Positions 1-12,060 of a DNA stretch of 64,000 bases are shown here, piece after piece; position 1 is the first letter of the stretch, and each line of letters opens with the position of its first letter. The position numbers and the translations under genes were made by a program. The stretch is taken from positions 4,053,462-4,117,461 of the forward strand of contig NC_057755.1 in assembly GCF_004010195.1 (NCBI RefSeq), given 5' to 3'. The notes under the pieces were generated by a model that did not search any database, was not told the origin of the DNA, and saw only the letters and a list, made by a program, of their open reading frames with translations. This DNA is from Chiloscyllium plagiosum. Lineage: Eukaryota.

Positions 1-310
1 AATGGGTGACTTCTTATTCTAAGACAATACCCTCTGATCCTTGACACTCCCACAAGGGGAAACGTACTTCCCACCCTTCCACTGGCAAGTCCTCGAAGAA
101 TTTTGTCCATTTCAATTAGGTCGCCTCACATTCTTCTAAATTCCAATGAGTGCAGAGCCAACCGACTCAACCTGTCCCCATTAGACAGTTGCTCCATCCC
201 TGGAATCAGCTGAGTGAACCCTCTCTGGACAGTCTCCAATCTCCCTTCCCTTAGATAAAAAGACCAAAACTGTTCACAGTTTTCCTGCTGTGATCCCATA
301 ACTGCCTTGT
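1..310 (-). mobile_element. CR1-clade LINE 3' fragment
   Basis: Resembles the reverse complement of the CR1 ORF2 C-terminal/3' region seen many times in this window; decayed. Confidence 0.6.
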
Positions 311-369
311 GTAGTTTTAGCTAAACGTTGCTACTGCTATGTTACATCTCCATTGAAATAAGACCAACA

Positions 370-535
370 AAGGATTGTGGTTGCTGGAAATTAGAAACAA
401 ATTCAGAAATTGATGGAGGAACTCAGTAGGTCTGACAGCATCTGTTGAGAGAAAACAGAGTTAACGTTTCAGGTCAGTGACTCTTCTTCTGAACTGTGTT
501 TTTCTAGCAATTTCTGATTTTTGTTCCAGTATTTC
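370..535. mobile_element. PLE-derived palindromic mini-element (degenerate)
   Basis: gctggaaattagaaacaaattcagaaattg..ctcagtaggtctgacagcatc..gttaacgtttc followed by an inverted arm (ctagcaatttctgatttttgttccag); degenerate hammerhead-like core on minus strand. Confidence 0.6.
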
Positions 536-2327
536 AATTGCCTTCCCTATTACCCAATGAACTCTGATGATGACTTCGTTTTTTATTTTGATTTGCAGAT
601 GAGGATTCCCAAATCCCTCTGACTGTAGCTTTCTACAGTCTTTCTCCATTTTAATAATATTCAACTCTTCTAGTCTTCCTGTCAAAGTGCATCACCTGTC
701 ATTTATTCTCCTTATATTCACCTGCCAAATTTTCACTTTCATGTTTAACCTGTCTAGGAACTGGGACAGAGATAGACACAAGAGACAGAGAGAGAGAAAA
801 AAAAATGCAATATCCTTATGATGGGAATAGATAGGAAGTGGACTCAGCAAACTCTCTGAAAAACAAACATGCACTAAATGTTAACTAGTTCAGATGAGCA
901 GATCACCAGCACCCGGAGACTTTATCTTGTTGTAATAAAGTGTTTATTGTGAGCTGAACAGAGAGAGTCTGACAGTCATCATGGTGCAGGAGGGATTCCT
1001 TCTGCCCCTCCCCCTCCTGCCCTGCAGAGGAAATTCAGAGACTCCTTCTCCTGGTTTATAACACTCATCCACAGAGTTGTTGGGGAAGTCTCAATGCTCC
1101 AGCTGACCTCATCCCTCACAGCCAGGCCGTGATTTGGAATCACTCCTCCGGCCTCTTTCCATCCCCTCATGTCCCTGACAGTCACCTCTTTCCCCTGTAA
1201 CTGCTATCCCTTTATCATGTCCTACAAATTATTGAAGGCGGATATGGATAAATTCTTTTTCAAGTTTTCAATGGTGGGTGTGCCGGATGTATTTGAATTT
1301 TCCTCAGATGCAAAAGGGAACATGAATTTACAATTGCAATTGATGAGCCGCGATCTTCTGGGCTGGCTGAAGGACCCGACTTGAAGGGGTGACAGGCCTA
1401 CTGTCCATCAGTCAATCAGTCAATCAGGGGTAGCAGCGGGTTCCTGATCTTGGTGAATGGTTATACGTCCTGCTCCCCGACTCGCCATTCACCGTTGGTG
1501 TTATCCTCAGATCCATGTGATTTTAGTAATGGAATCTTGCCCGTACATCTACAATTCATGCTCAGAGAACATTGCAGCTCCCTCTGAACTTCACTGAGTT
1601 ATTTTGCTGAGTCATTAAGTGAAGACTTTACTTGACCCGCTGTTGCGCCGCCTTCGTGAACTTTGCTCTAAACTTGGGCAGAGTCACTGATTAAAATAAT
1701 GTGTTCGTGCTGCAGCTGAAATCTTTTAGCATTTCTCCGACATATGTTAAAAGCAGCGAATGGAATTTTCCATGATTTGTTTCTTTAGTGTTAAAGTATA
1801 AGATATGTGCACTATATACTGTCCAGAGAAGTATGAAGGTAAAGGATATGGTGAAGAGGGAAATCACCAACTTCCTCCGGCTCTCCATCTCTGCGCCTTT
1901 GTGACTCTCTCCCCTACTCACACCCTTCAGTGTCTTGCGGACTCGACTGGCCACTAAAATATATCTGATAGTCAGAGTGTTCATCAACATAATTAACATG
2001 AATGGGATGAAAGGGGTTAAAATGTTATCAAACCAGTTAAATCCGAGCCACCCAGGATCAGTAAAATAACTTGGCTTTGTTTGGCAAAACCATGGAACAT
2101 TGGAAATTATCCTCCCTGGTTCAAACCGAAAATAGACAGGAAAGCCCTTTGAACAGAGCAAAATGCCTGTTATAGCTAGAACCACAGCCAAGGCTTTCTC
2201 TGTCCAATATCGTCTCTTCAATTTCAGGCAGCAAACGGCCACAAATCGATCAAAGGAGAAAAAGACAGTGAACCAGACAGAACAGTCTGTTGTTGTGGTT
2301 CTGTTCGCCGAGCTGGGAATTTGAGTT

Positions 2328-2367
2328 GCAGACGTTTCGTCCCCTGTCTAGGTGACATCCTCAGTGC
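2328..2367 (-). ncRNA. Minimal type I hammerhead ribozyme (PLE pseudo-LTR)
   Basis: GCA-CUGAGGA-U-GUCACCU(AGAC)AGGGGAC-GAAAC-GUC-UGC: conserved core, stem II, 3-bp stem I, GUC cleavage triplet. Confidence 0.8.
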
Positions 2368-2594
2368 TTGGGAGCCTCCTGTGAAGCGTTTCTGTGATCT
2401 TTCCTCCGGCATTTGTAGTGGTTTGAATCTGCCGCTTCCGGTTGTCAGTTCCAGCTGTCCGCTGCAGTGGTTGGCTGTCGGTATGTAGGGTCCAGGTCAA
2501 TGGGCTTATTGATTGAATCTGTGGATGAGTGCCAAGCCTCTAGGAATTCCCTGGCTGTTCTCTGTTTGGCTTGTCCTATAAAAGTAATGTTGTC

Positions 2595-2930
2595 TCAGTC
2601 GAACTCATGTTGCTTATCATCTGCGTGTGTGGATACGAAGGATAGCTGGTCGTGTCGTTTCATGGCTAGTTGGTGTACATGGATGCGGATCGTTAGCTGT
2701 CTTCCTGTTTGTCCTATGTAGTGTTTTGTGCAGTCCTTGCATGGGATTTTGTACACTACATTGGTTTTGCTCATGCTGGGTATCGGGTCCTTTGTCCTGG
2801 TGAGTAGTTGTCTGAGAGTGGCTGTTGGTTTGTGTGCTGTTATGAGTCCTAGTGGTCGCAGTAGTCTGGCTATCAGTTCGGAAATGCTCTTGATGTATGG
2901 TAGTGTGGCTAGTCCTTTGGGTTGTGGCAT
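2595..2930 (-). CDS. Penelope GIY-YIG endonuclease domain fragment
   Basis: ORF: TLPYIKSISELIARLLRPLG..HKP..TL..VVYKIPCKDCTKHYIGQTGR..RIH.H. Confidence 0.88.
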   Translation of the reverse strand: MPQPKGLATLPYIKSISELIARLLRPLGLITAHKPTATLRQLLTRTKDPIPSMSKTNVVYKIPCKDCTKHYIGQTGRQLTIRIHVHQLAMKRHDQLSFVSTHADDKQHEFD

Positions 2931-3559
2931 GTCCTCGTTCCGTTGTCTTTCCCTTAGGCATCTGTTGATGAAATTGCGGGGGTATCCGTTGTTGGCGAAT
3001 ACACTGTATAGGTGTTCTTCTTCCTCTTTTTGCAGTTCTAGTGTACTGCAGTGTGTTGTGGCCCTTTTGAACAGTGTCTTGATGCAACTTCTTTTGTGTG
3101 TGTTGGAATACTTGCTTTCGTAGTTCAGACGTGGTCTGTGTGTGCGACTTTCCTGTATACCTTTGTGGTGAATTCTCCGTTAGGTGTTCTCTGTACCATC
3201 ACGTCTAGGAATGGGAGTTGGTTGGCCTTTCTTCCTCTCTCGTGAATCGGATTCCTGTGAATGTGGCGTTGATGATCCGGTGTGTGTTCTCTATTTCTGT
3301 GTTTGTAATGATTACAAAGGTGTCATCTACGTATCTGACCCAGAGTTTGGGTTGAATTTGCGGTACAAACAGAGAGCAGCCAGGGAATTCCTAGAGGCTT
3401 GGCACTCATCCACAGATTCAATCAATAAGCACATTGACCTGGACCCAATATACCGGCCACTGCAGCGGGGAGCTGGAACTGACAACCGGAAGCGGCAGAT
3501 TCAAACCACTACAAATGCCGGAGAAAAGATGACAGAATCGCTTCACTGGAGGCTTCCAA

Positions 3560-3599
3560 GCACTGAGGATGTCACCTAGACAGGGGACGAAACGTCTGC
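3560..3599 (+). ncRNA. Minimal type I hammerhead ribozyme (inverted pseudo-LTR copy)
   Basis: gcactgaggatgtcacctagacaggggacgaaacgtctgc; exact reverse complement of 2328-2367. Confidence 0.8.
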
Positions 3600-3854
3600 A
3601 CCAGTAATTTCCAGCTCGGCGAAGAGAACCACGACAACGAGCACCTGATCTACAAATATTCGCACGAACTTTGAAGAACAGTCTGTGGTTGCACATGCTA
3701 GGGCAAATATAGCACTGCACACTTCTCCCGGCACAAGACCCCATCACTGCAGCCAAACAACAGAGATTAATTTTAAAGGGGAATTGAGATTTAAAGTGTT
3801 GATATTCTTCTACTGTGGAACTTTAATTAGACTTTTCCTCGCTTACCAGGCATA

Positions 3855-6510
3855 GTTAGAGTCATGGCGATGTACAGCATGGAAACTGACCTTTGTCCCA
3901 ATCGTCCATGCTGGCAGATATCCCAAATTAATCAAGTCACACTTGCACCCACATCCCTCTGGAACCTTTCTATTCATATATCCATTCAGATACCTTTTAA
4001 ATGATGCAATTGCATCAGCCTTCATCAATACCTCTGTCAGTTCATTTCATACGTGTACAACCCTCTGTATGAAAAAGTTAGCCCTTAGGTACCTTTTAAA
4101 TGCTTCCTCTCTCATCCTATAACTATGCTCTCTAGGTCTGGAGTCCCCACCCCAGGGCAAATACTTTGTCTATTTACCTTAATCCATGTTCATGTTTTTA
4201 GAAATCTCGATGAGGTCAACAATCAGCCTCCGATGCTCCCAGGGAAAACAGCCCCAGCCCATTCGACTTCTCCTTATAGGTTGAACTCTTCAAACTTGGC
4301 AACTTTATTGCAAATCTTTTCTGAACATTTTCAAGTTTCACAACCTGCAGGAGGACACCAGAATTGCATAGAATATTCCAAATGTGGGCGAACCAAGAGA
4401 CCGTACGCCACAAAGTGTCCTCCCAATTCCTATAATCAATGCTCTGACAAATAAAGCAAAGCATACCATCCTATCCACGTATGATACCGTTTCCAAGAAA
4501 CTATGAACCTGCACTCCAAGGTCTTTTTGTTCAGCAACACCTCCCAAGGACCTGACAATTAAGTGTATAAGTTATGCTTTAATATGGCTTTCCAAAATGC
4601 AGTCCCTGACATTCGCGTAAATTAACCTCCAACTGTCACTCCTCCCATTGGTCCATCCGATCAACATTGCATTTTACACTGAGGTAACCTTCTTTGCTGT
4701 CCACTGCAACTCAAATTCTGGTGTCAGCTGCAAACTTACGAACGATACCTCCTATGCTCACATCCAAATTATTTATAGAAATGGTGAAAGTCAGTGGGTC
4801 CAGCACCGATCTTTGTGGCACACCATTGGTCACAGAATTCCTATCTGAAAAGCAACCCACCAGCACCACTATCTGTCTTCTACCTTTGAATCAGCTTCGG
4901 ATATAATTGGCGAGTTCTCCCTGTATTCCGTGTGATCTAACCTTGCTAACCCATCTATTATGAGGAAGCTTCTCAAATGCCTTATAGTCCATGTGAACTA
5001 TATCTAACGTTCTGCCCTCATCAATCCTCTTCATTACTTCTTCAAAACAATCAACCAATTTACTGAGACATGATTTCCCATGCACAAAGTCATGCTGTCT
5101 ATCCCTTATCAGCCCTTGCCTATACAAATGCATATAAATCCTATCCCCCAGGGTTCCATCCAAATACTTGCCCAGTAATGATGTCAGGCTCACCAGTCCA
5201 TAGTTCACTGGAGTTCCCTTACCACCTTTCATCAATATCACACCACGTTAGCCAAGCTCCAGCATTCTGTCAACTCACCTGTGAATATTAATGATCCACG
5301 TAACTCAGCAAGGGGCCAGCTATGTTTGGAAAACTAAAGTCTGCTACCATTACCACCCTATTATTCTTACAGTTAACTGAGATGTCTTTACAAATTTGTT
5401 TTTCAACTTCCCATTACATATTGGGGCGTCTTTAGCGCGATTGCAATAAGATGAGCATCCGTTTCTAATTTTTCAGTTCCACTGAAATAACTTGCCTGGA
5501 CGTATTCCCAGGAATATCCTGCGTAAGTGCATCAGTAGTGCTATTCCTTATCAAAAAAGCACCTCCCCCTCTTCCCTTGCGTCCCCCCATTCCTTCTTAC
5601 AGCATGTGTATCCTGAAAAATGAAACTGCCAGTTCTGGCCATTCCTGAGCCACGTCTGTGTAATTGTGATGATATCTTAGTCCCATGTTCATAACCATGC
5701 CCTGGGTTCATCTGCCTTCCTTGTTAGTCCTCTTGTGTTTGAATAAATTTGTCAGTCTTTCCTCGTTCTCTGCTTTGTTCCTGTCTGCCCTGACTGCTTG
5801 ACTTGGTCCTTGTCCCAACTGTACCAGTCTTAAACTGATCTCTTTTATCACTGTCTCCCTGGGTCCCACCCACTCAAGCGCCCCTCCCGCCCAACACCTA
5901 CCTTACTAGTTATAATCCTCCTGAGCAGCTCTGGCAAATCTCCCTTTAATATACTCATCCTATTCCAATACAGGTTCAATCCGCCTTCCTTATACAGGTC
6001 ACTTCTATCCCAGAAGAGATTCGAATTATCTAAATATGGGAACACTTCTGCCATGCACTAGCTCCTCAGCCATCCGTCCATCTGCTCTCCACTTCTATTC
6101 CTCCCCTCACTGGCTCATGGCACCTGGAGTAATCCAGATTTTAGTCTCCTCGAGTGCCTCCTTTTAAATTCCTTTCAAACTTATATTCTCCCTTCAGAAT
6201 TTCATCCTTTTTTCTTCCTATGTCATTAGTTCCAATGTGCACAATTACCTCCTGCTTTTCCCTGTCCCCTTTGAGTATATTCAGCATCCTCTCGGAGATA
6301 TCCTTGATCCTGGCACCAGTGAGGCAACACACCATTCTGATTTGTCGCTCTTAGCATAGAAACATCCGTCTGTGCCTCTGACCACAGAGTCCGCTGACAC
6401 AATCAATCTCTCAGAACATGAGGTACCCCTCGTTATGTTCGAACACCAAACATTGCTATGCAATTCAAGCTTTTCGGACCTCGATGTTGTGCCAACCTGT
6501 GAAACCAATC
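3855..6510 (-). mobile_element. CR1 (HER1-like) LINE, internally deleted; RT plus ORF1 SGNH esterase remnants
   Basis: NYGLVSLTS..QHDFVHGKSCL..DYKAFEKLPH (RT); VCCLTGARIKDISER..VIVHIGTNDIGRK (esterase); 3' tail near 3855. Confidence 0.88.
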
Positions 6511-9500
6511 TGAAGCCCACCTAACCTTCACTCTTCCATTTTCACCCACATATTATCCAATAACCATTTAAAAGCCCTTAAAGCTGTCAAGCCTACTACT
6601 TTTGCAGGCAATGCATTCCACACCCTTACTACTCTCTGAGTAAAGAAACTTGCCCTGATATCTGTCCTATATCTATCACGCATCAATTAAGACCTGTCCC
6701 CTCGTGCTAGCCATCACCATCTGAAGAAAAACGGCTCTCATTGTCGACCTTATCTAACCCTCTGATCATCTTATATATCTGAATTAAGTCACCTCTCAAC
6801 TTTCTGTCTAATGAAAACAGCCTCAAGTCCCTCAACCTTTCGTCATATGATCTTCCCTCCATACCAGGCAGCATCTTAGTAAATCTCCTCTGAACCCTTT
6901 CCGAATCTTCCACATCCTTCCTCCAATGAAGTGACCACAACTGTACGCAGTACTCCAAGCGTGGCCGCACCAGAGGTTTGTACAGCTGCAACATGACTTC
7001 ATGGCTCCAAAAGTTAATCCCTCTACCAATAAAAGCTACCACAATGTACGCCTTCTTAACAATCCGATCAGGTGACTGGCAACTTTCAGGGATCTATGCA
7101 CATGGACACCAAGATCTCTCTGCTCAACGACACTAATAAAAATCTCACCGTTAGCCTAATACTCTGTATTCCTGTTGCTCCTTCCAAAGTGAATCACCTC
7201 ACAATTTTCCTCATTAAACCCCATTTACCATCTCTCAGCCCAGCTCTGCAGCTTAGCTATTTTTCTCTGAAACCTACAACATCCTTCTTCACTATCCACA
7301 ACTCTACCGACCTTAGGATCATTTGCAAATTTACTAACCCATCCTTCTACACCCTCCTCCACGTCATTTATAAAACGACAAGCAGCAGTGGCCCCAAAAA
7401 AGATCCTTGTGGTACACGACTAGTAACTGCAGGATGAACATTTCCCATCAACAACCACCCTCTGTCTTCTTTCAGCTAACCAATTTCTGATCCAAACTGC
7501 CAAATCACCCGTAATCCCATGGCTCCGTATATCCAGTAATAGCCTACCATGGGGAACATAATCAAATTCCCTACGGAAATCCATATTCGCCACATCAACT
7601 GCTTTACCCTCATCCACCTGTTTGGTCACCCTCTTAAGGAACTCACTAAGATTGGTGAAGCACGATCCACCCTTCACAAAACTGTGTTGACGATCCCTAA
7701 TCAACCTATTTCTTTTGAGATGATTATAAATCCTAACACTTACAACTTTTGCCAACACTTTACCCAGAACCGAAGTAAGGCTCACTGGTCTATAATGACC
7801 AGGGTATTCTCTAAACCTCTTCTTGAACAAGGGGGCAACATTTGCTCCCCTCCAGTCTTTGGAACCAATCCGGTGAACAATGACATAATGATCAAATCAA
7901 AATCTCTCAAATCTCCTCCTTGGCTTCACAGAGAATCCTCGGATAAATCCCATCCGGCCCAGGGGACATATCTATTTTTGCACTTTACAGAATAACTAAA
8001 ATCTCCTCCTTGTGAACCTCAGTTCCGTCCAGAAAAGTAGCCTGTATCTCAGTACTCTCCTCATCAACATTGTCTTTTTTCCAATGTGAATACTGATGAA
8101 AAACATTCACTTAGTGCTTCTCCTTTCTCCTCGGACTCCACACAAAACATCCCCCTACTGTCCTTGATTGGTTCTCCTCTTACTCTGGTCAGTCTTTTAT
8201 TCTTGACATACTGACATAAATCTTTAGACTTTTCCTTGATTCGATCTGTGAACAACTTCTCAGGTCCCTTCCTGGCTCTTCTGAACTCTCTCTTTACGTT
8301 TACCATGGCTAATGTGTAACTTTCAAGCCCCCGAACTGAGCCTTCACGTATTATCCTTACATAGGTCTTCTTCTTCCTCTTGACAAGAGATTCAACTCCT
8401 TTATTAAACCACTGCTCCCTCGCTCGACCACTTCCTCCCTGCATGACAGGTACATATTATCAAGAAACCGCAGTAGCTGTTCCTTGAATTCGCTAGACAT
8501 TTCAATTGCGCCCATCGCCTGCAGTTTCCTTCCCCATCTTATGCATCCAAAACCTCGCTTAATCGCATCATAATTGCCTTTCCTCCAGCTATAACTCTTG
8601 CCACTGTATATACCTATCCTTTTACATCTCTGAAGTAAATATAACCGAATTGTCGTCACAATCACCTTCTTTTACCATCTTCCCTGTTCTTACTAATACA
8701 TCTAAATCCCTGAACCTGCCATAGCTATTCTTGCCCCTACTCTATCTACGTTTCCAAAATCGCCACAACATCAAAGTCCTAGGTTTCAAGCGATGCTGCA
8801 AGTTCACCTACCTCCAAATCTAACACCAGACCAGGTTCATTAGCTGGTACCAAATCCAATGTGGCCTCGCCTCTTGTTGACCTGTCTACATACTGTCACA
8901 GGAAAACCTTGTGCACACATTGGACAAAAACTGACCCTATCTAAAGTACTCGAACTATAACATTTCCAGGCAATATTTGGAAAGTTAAAGCTCCATTTAC
9001 AATTACCATGTTATTCTCGCTCCGATCCAGAATCACATTTGCTAGCTTTTCCTCTACAGTTCTAGAACTATTCGAAGGCCAATGGAAAAATCTCAACAGA
9101 GTGACCTCTCCTTTCTTATTTCTAACCTGAGCCCATACCAACTGAGTAGGCGAGTCGTCCAATGTCCATTCTGCCAACGTAACTCTGTCCTTGACCAACA
9201 ATGCTGCACCTCCCCTACTTTTACCATCTTCCCTGTTCTTACTAATACATCTAAATCCCTGAACCTGCCATAGCTATTCTTGCCCCTACTCTACCTACGT
9301 TTCCAAAATCGTCACAACATCAAAGTCCTAGGTTTCAAGCGATGCTGCAAGTTCACCCACCTTATTCCGGATGCTCCTGGCATTGAAGTAGACAGTCTTC
9401 AAACCACCTTCCTGCCTGCCAGTGCACTATTGCAACATTGAACCCTTATTTCTGACCTCACTACTCTCAACCTCTTGGCAACCACCTAAATATATTACCT

Positions 9501-10600
9501 CACTTGCTCAGCAGTCCCACGCCCGCTCCTGTTCATTGTGCGCACTACCTATTCATGAGGTAAGTTTATATAATTTTACATTTGCACTCCCGGCAGGCCC
9601 CTTGTCGGCGTTGTGCACTTCACACTGCTACTGCTACTGGAAAAATGGAGATTGCTGAATTAGAACCAGTCTCGATACCATAAATTCAGCTATTCGTGCT
9701 GCATAATGGGCATAGCCACAGAGGACTCTTGCACGACCTGCAGCCCTCTCATACCTTTCCCGGATGTAACCCATCTACCTAACTGTATCTGTATTTTTTC
9801 TCCCTTCCTTTTACTGCTGTCCATCGCAACTCCGAGCTCCTGTAAATTCCTCATTGCCTCCATGCAATGTGAAATGATTCACAAACAAATACCCTTCGAG
9901 TATACACAATCATCAATAACACGGAATGTCTACCTAATCTACCACATCCAACCGGAATAGTGCATCACTACTAAAGGTCATCTTTGCACCTCAACAATTT
10001 GTAGACCCAGAAAATACCACAACGTCACTGCTCTAAAAGACATTGTGCCAGATTAACTGAGTGCCTACGCCTCATACTTCTAAATTGTAATCAAGCAGAA
10101 ACTCTCATTAAAACAAATAACTAAAAATAACCCAGTCTACTCACTATTGTAGATTTACACAAAAACATCAGCAAGGGTACACTTTAAAACCATGCATGTA
10201 TCTGCTCCTGTGCTGTGAACTTTCCCAAAAGGTCAGCTGTAATTTTTGCTGTTTGTTATTGTTCCTTAGATGCACTCCAACGGCCAGAAACACATGAACT
10301 CAAACGGGAAGGACAGTAGCTGTGCAGATTCGCTGCTATGGCTGACAGCAGTGCAGGTTCTGTCGCCTTCTCTCTCTCCCTGACCATGCAGTCTCTACCT
10401 TTGCCTCTCTTCCTTCTCTTTATAGTACTGCTGTTTTGATCTTTATTTTCCTCCAAAGTTCCAAAACAATGCAACAGCATATACATCAATAATTACTGCT
10501 CGAGTAATTCGAGGAAGTCAGCTCCAACACCTAAATACCACAAAAAAGGAGCAGGTCTTACAACCACAATGTTTTCCTGTTCTCCACCTAGAATACCCAG
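6510..10600 (-). mobile_element. CR1 LINE, long decayed copy (RT, endonuclease, 5' region)
   Basis: LYKPLVRPRLEYCVQLW, YRPVSLTSVLGK..QHSFVKGGSC, VWAQVRNKKGEVTLL..; many frameshifts; 5' boundary uncertain. Confidence 0.85.
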
Positions 10601-11499
10601 AATCGTTTGGTCACTGTACTAACAAACTATGAGTTGTTGCATTTGAAAATATGTAACTATTTGACGGAGAATGCTAATAGAGCTGAGAAAGTTTTCTTTC
10701 ATCACTAAAGGGACAAACCATTATCTAAGTCCTCTCTGTGAGGACAAGCTGAGCCTCTGTAAATTTACTGAGCACTCATAGCTTGTTTTGGAAATTCCTT
10801 GTCATGTTGAGCAAATGTTCTAATTTTATGTGTACATTCAGTCAGCAAACAATGCAAAATTGAAATAGGGAGATGTGATTATTGTATTCTGTTCCCTGCA
10901 TTGTCTGACTCAAATAGAATGTGCTTGTCGATATTTTATGAATAAACTACGTCATGCAAAACAAAACAGACAGTTCAATGCTGCACTGACTGAATGTAGC
11001 TGCTCCAATCCGTGTATAATAAAATAGAACACAAGAAAAATAAAGTATCTCTAACTGTCTTTGGTATTCTGATCACTTCAGGGGCAATTAACATTTCAAG
11101 CAATTATCTAAACACTCAGCAGGTCATAGACAGTACAAAATTTCACAAAAATTCTTTTGAAAACTCTTCATTTTGTAATGAGAATAACCAAACAAGATAA
11201 GCAATTTTAACCTAATGATCTAATTGATAAATACTTATTTACTAAACTTAGTTAAAATTCTTCCTGCACAGGACAAATTACTTCTTGCTTTGTAAAAACT
11301 ATGAAGATACAAACACTTCTTTAGGGAACAACGTGAATGTCACCACAACCCTCTGGAATTCACTTTAACACTCGACAGTGTTTCAATGATCCCTCAGAAC
11401 TGGTTGAAATGTAAATCACAGAAACAGCCATTCAACCCACCAAGTGAATTCACTTAAGGACTCCTCAGCCTTTCTGCAATCCATTGGAACTGCAGGAAA

Positions 11500-12060
11500 C
11501 TATGGCACTGAAACAGGTTTTCCATATCTGCATCAAATAATGAACTACTTATCCATTCTGATCCCATTTTCTAGCACCTGGTCCAACGCTTGGAAAGTTA
11601 CCCCACTCCAGGTGCAGATCCAGGTTCCCTCTAAATGAGTTGAGGTTTGTAACCTCAAGCCCCCGCCCAAATTGGGCACTGAATTCCAGACACACCATCA
11701 CTTTCTGGGTGAAAGGTAGGCCTCATGTACCCTGTAATGCTTCCATCAATTTTACTTCCTCTGTGTCCCCTACTAAATGGTCTTGCATTCGGGGTAACAG
11801 GTCTACATACAAGACCCTGATTATTTGGTGCACTTCAATCACATCACCTCTCATTCATCTCTGTTCCCGGGAAAGTTACTCTAACCCTATTCTTCTTTCT
11901 TAAATGCTGCAGTAATTTACACATAATGACAACATTCTTGTAACTTTCTTCGATACTCTCCTCAGTGCAATTCTGTCCACACTGCTAGGGGATGACCAGT
12001 ACTGTGCAGAAAACTGCAGCTATGAGCTATCCAGTATCTCATGTAGTTCCAGTATTGCAG
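11500..12060 (-). mobile_element. Old CR1-clade LINE 3' fragment
   Basis: Diverged similarity to the CR1 3' regions elsewhere in the window. Confidence 0.55.

Larger units (their letters stand above)
2291..3674 (-). mobile_element. Penelope-like retroelement, 5'-truncated, with inverted pseudo-LTR
   Basis: GIY-YIG endonuclease (VVYKIPCKDCTKHYIGQTGRQL) and RT C-terminal region on minus strand; arms ~2291-2567 and ~3366-3636 are inverted copies; 12-bp TSD AGAACAGTCTGT at 2279-2290 and 3675-3686. Confidence 0.93.
1628..3722 (-). pseudogene. GPR139/GPR142-like class A GPCR pseudogene, copy 1 (TM3-TM7), split by a Penelope insertion
   Basis: Removing the insertion and one TSD copy restores VCSAIFALACATTDCSVWFTVFFSFDRFVAVCC..PF..LLMNTLTIRYILVASRVRK..EMESRRK..SCSTNTLF. 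Premature TAA at 1691-1693 replaces the expected Tyr of NTFIY; the frame continues (SVTLPKFR..) to a stop at 1628-1630. No 5' part found adjacent. Confidence 0.9.

Noticed and set aside
1691..2242. 183-aa ORF as a functional GPCR gene
   Set aside because: Fragment between the Penelope insertion and a premature stop
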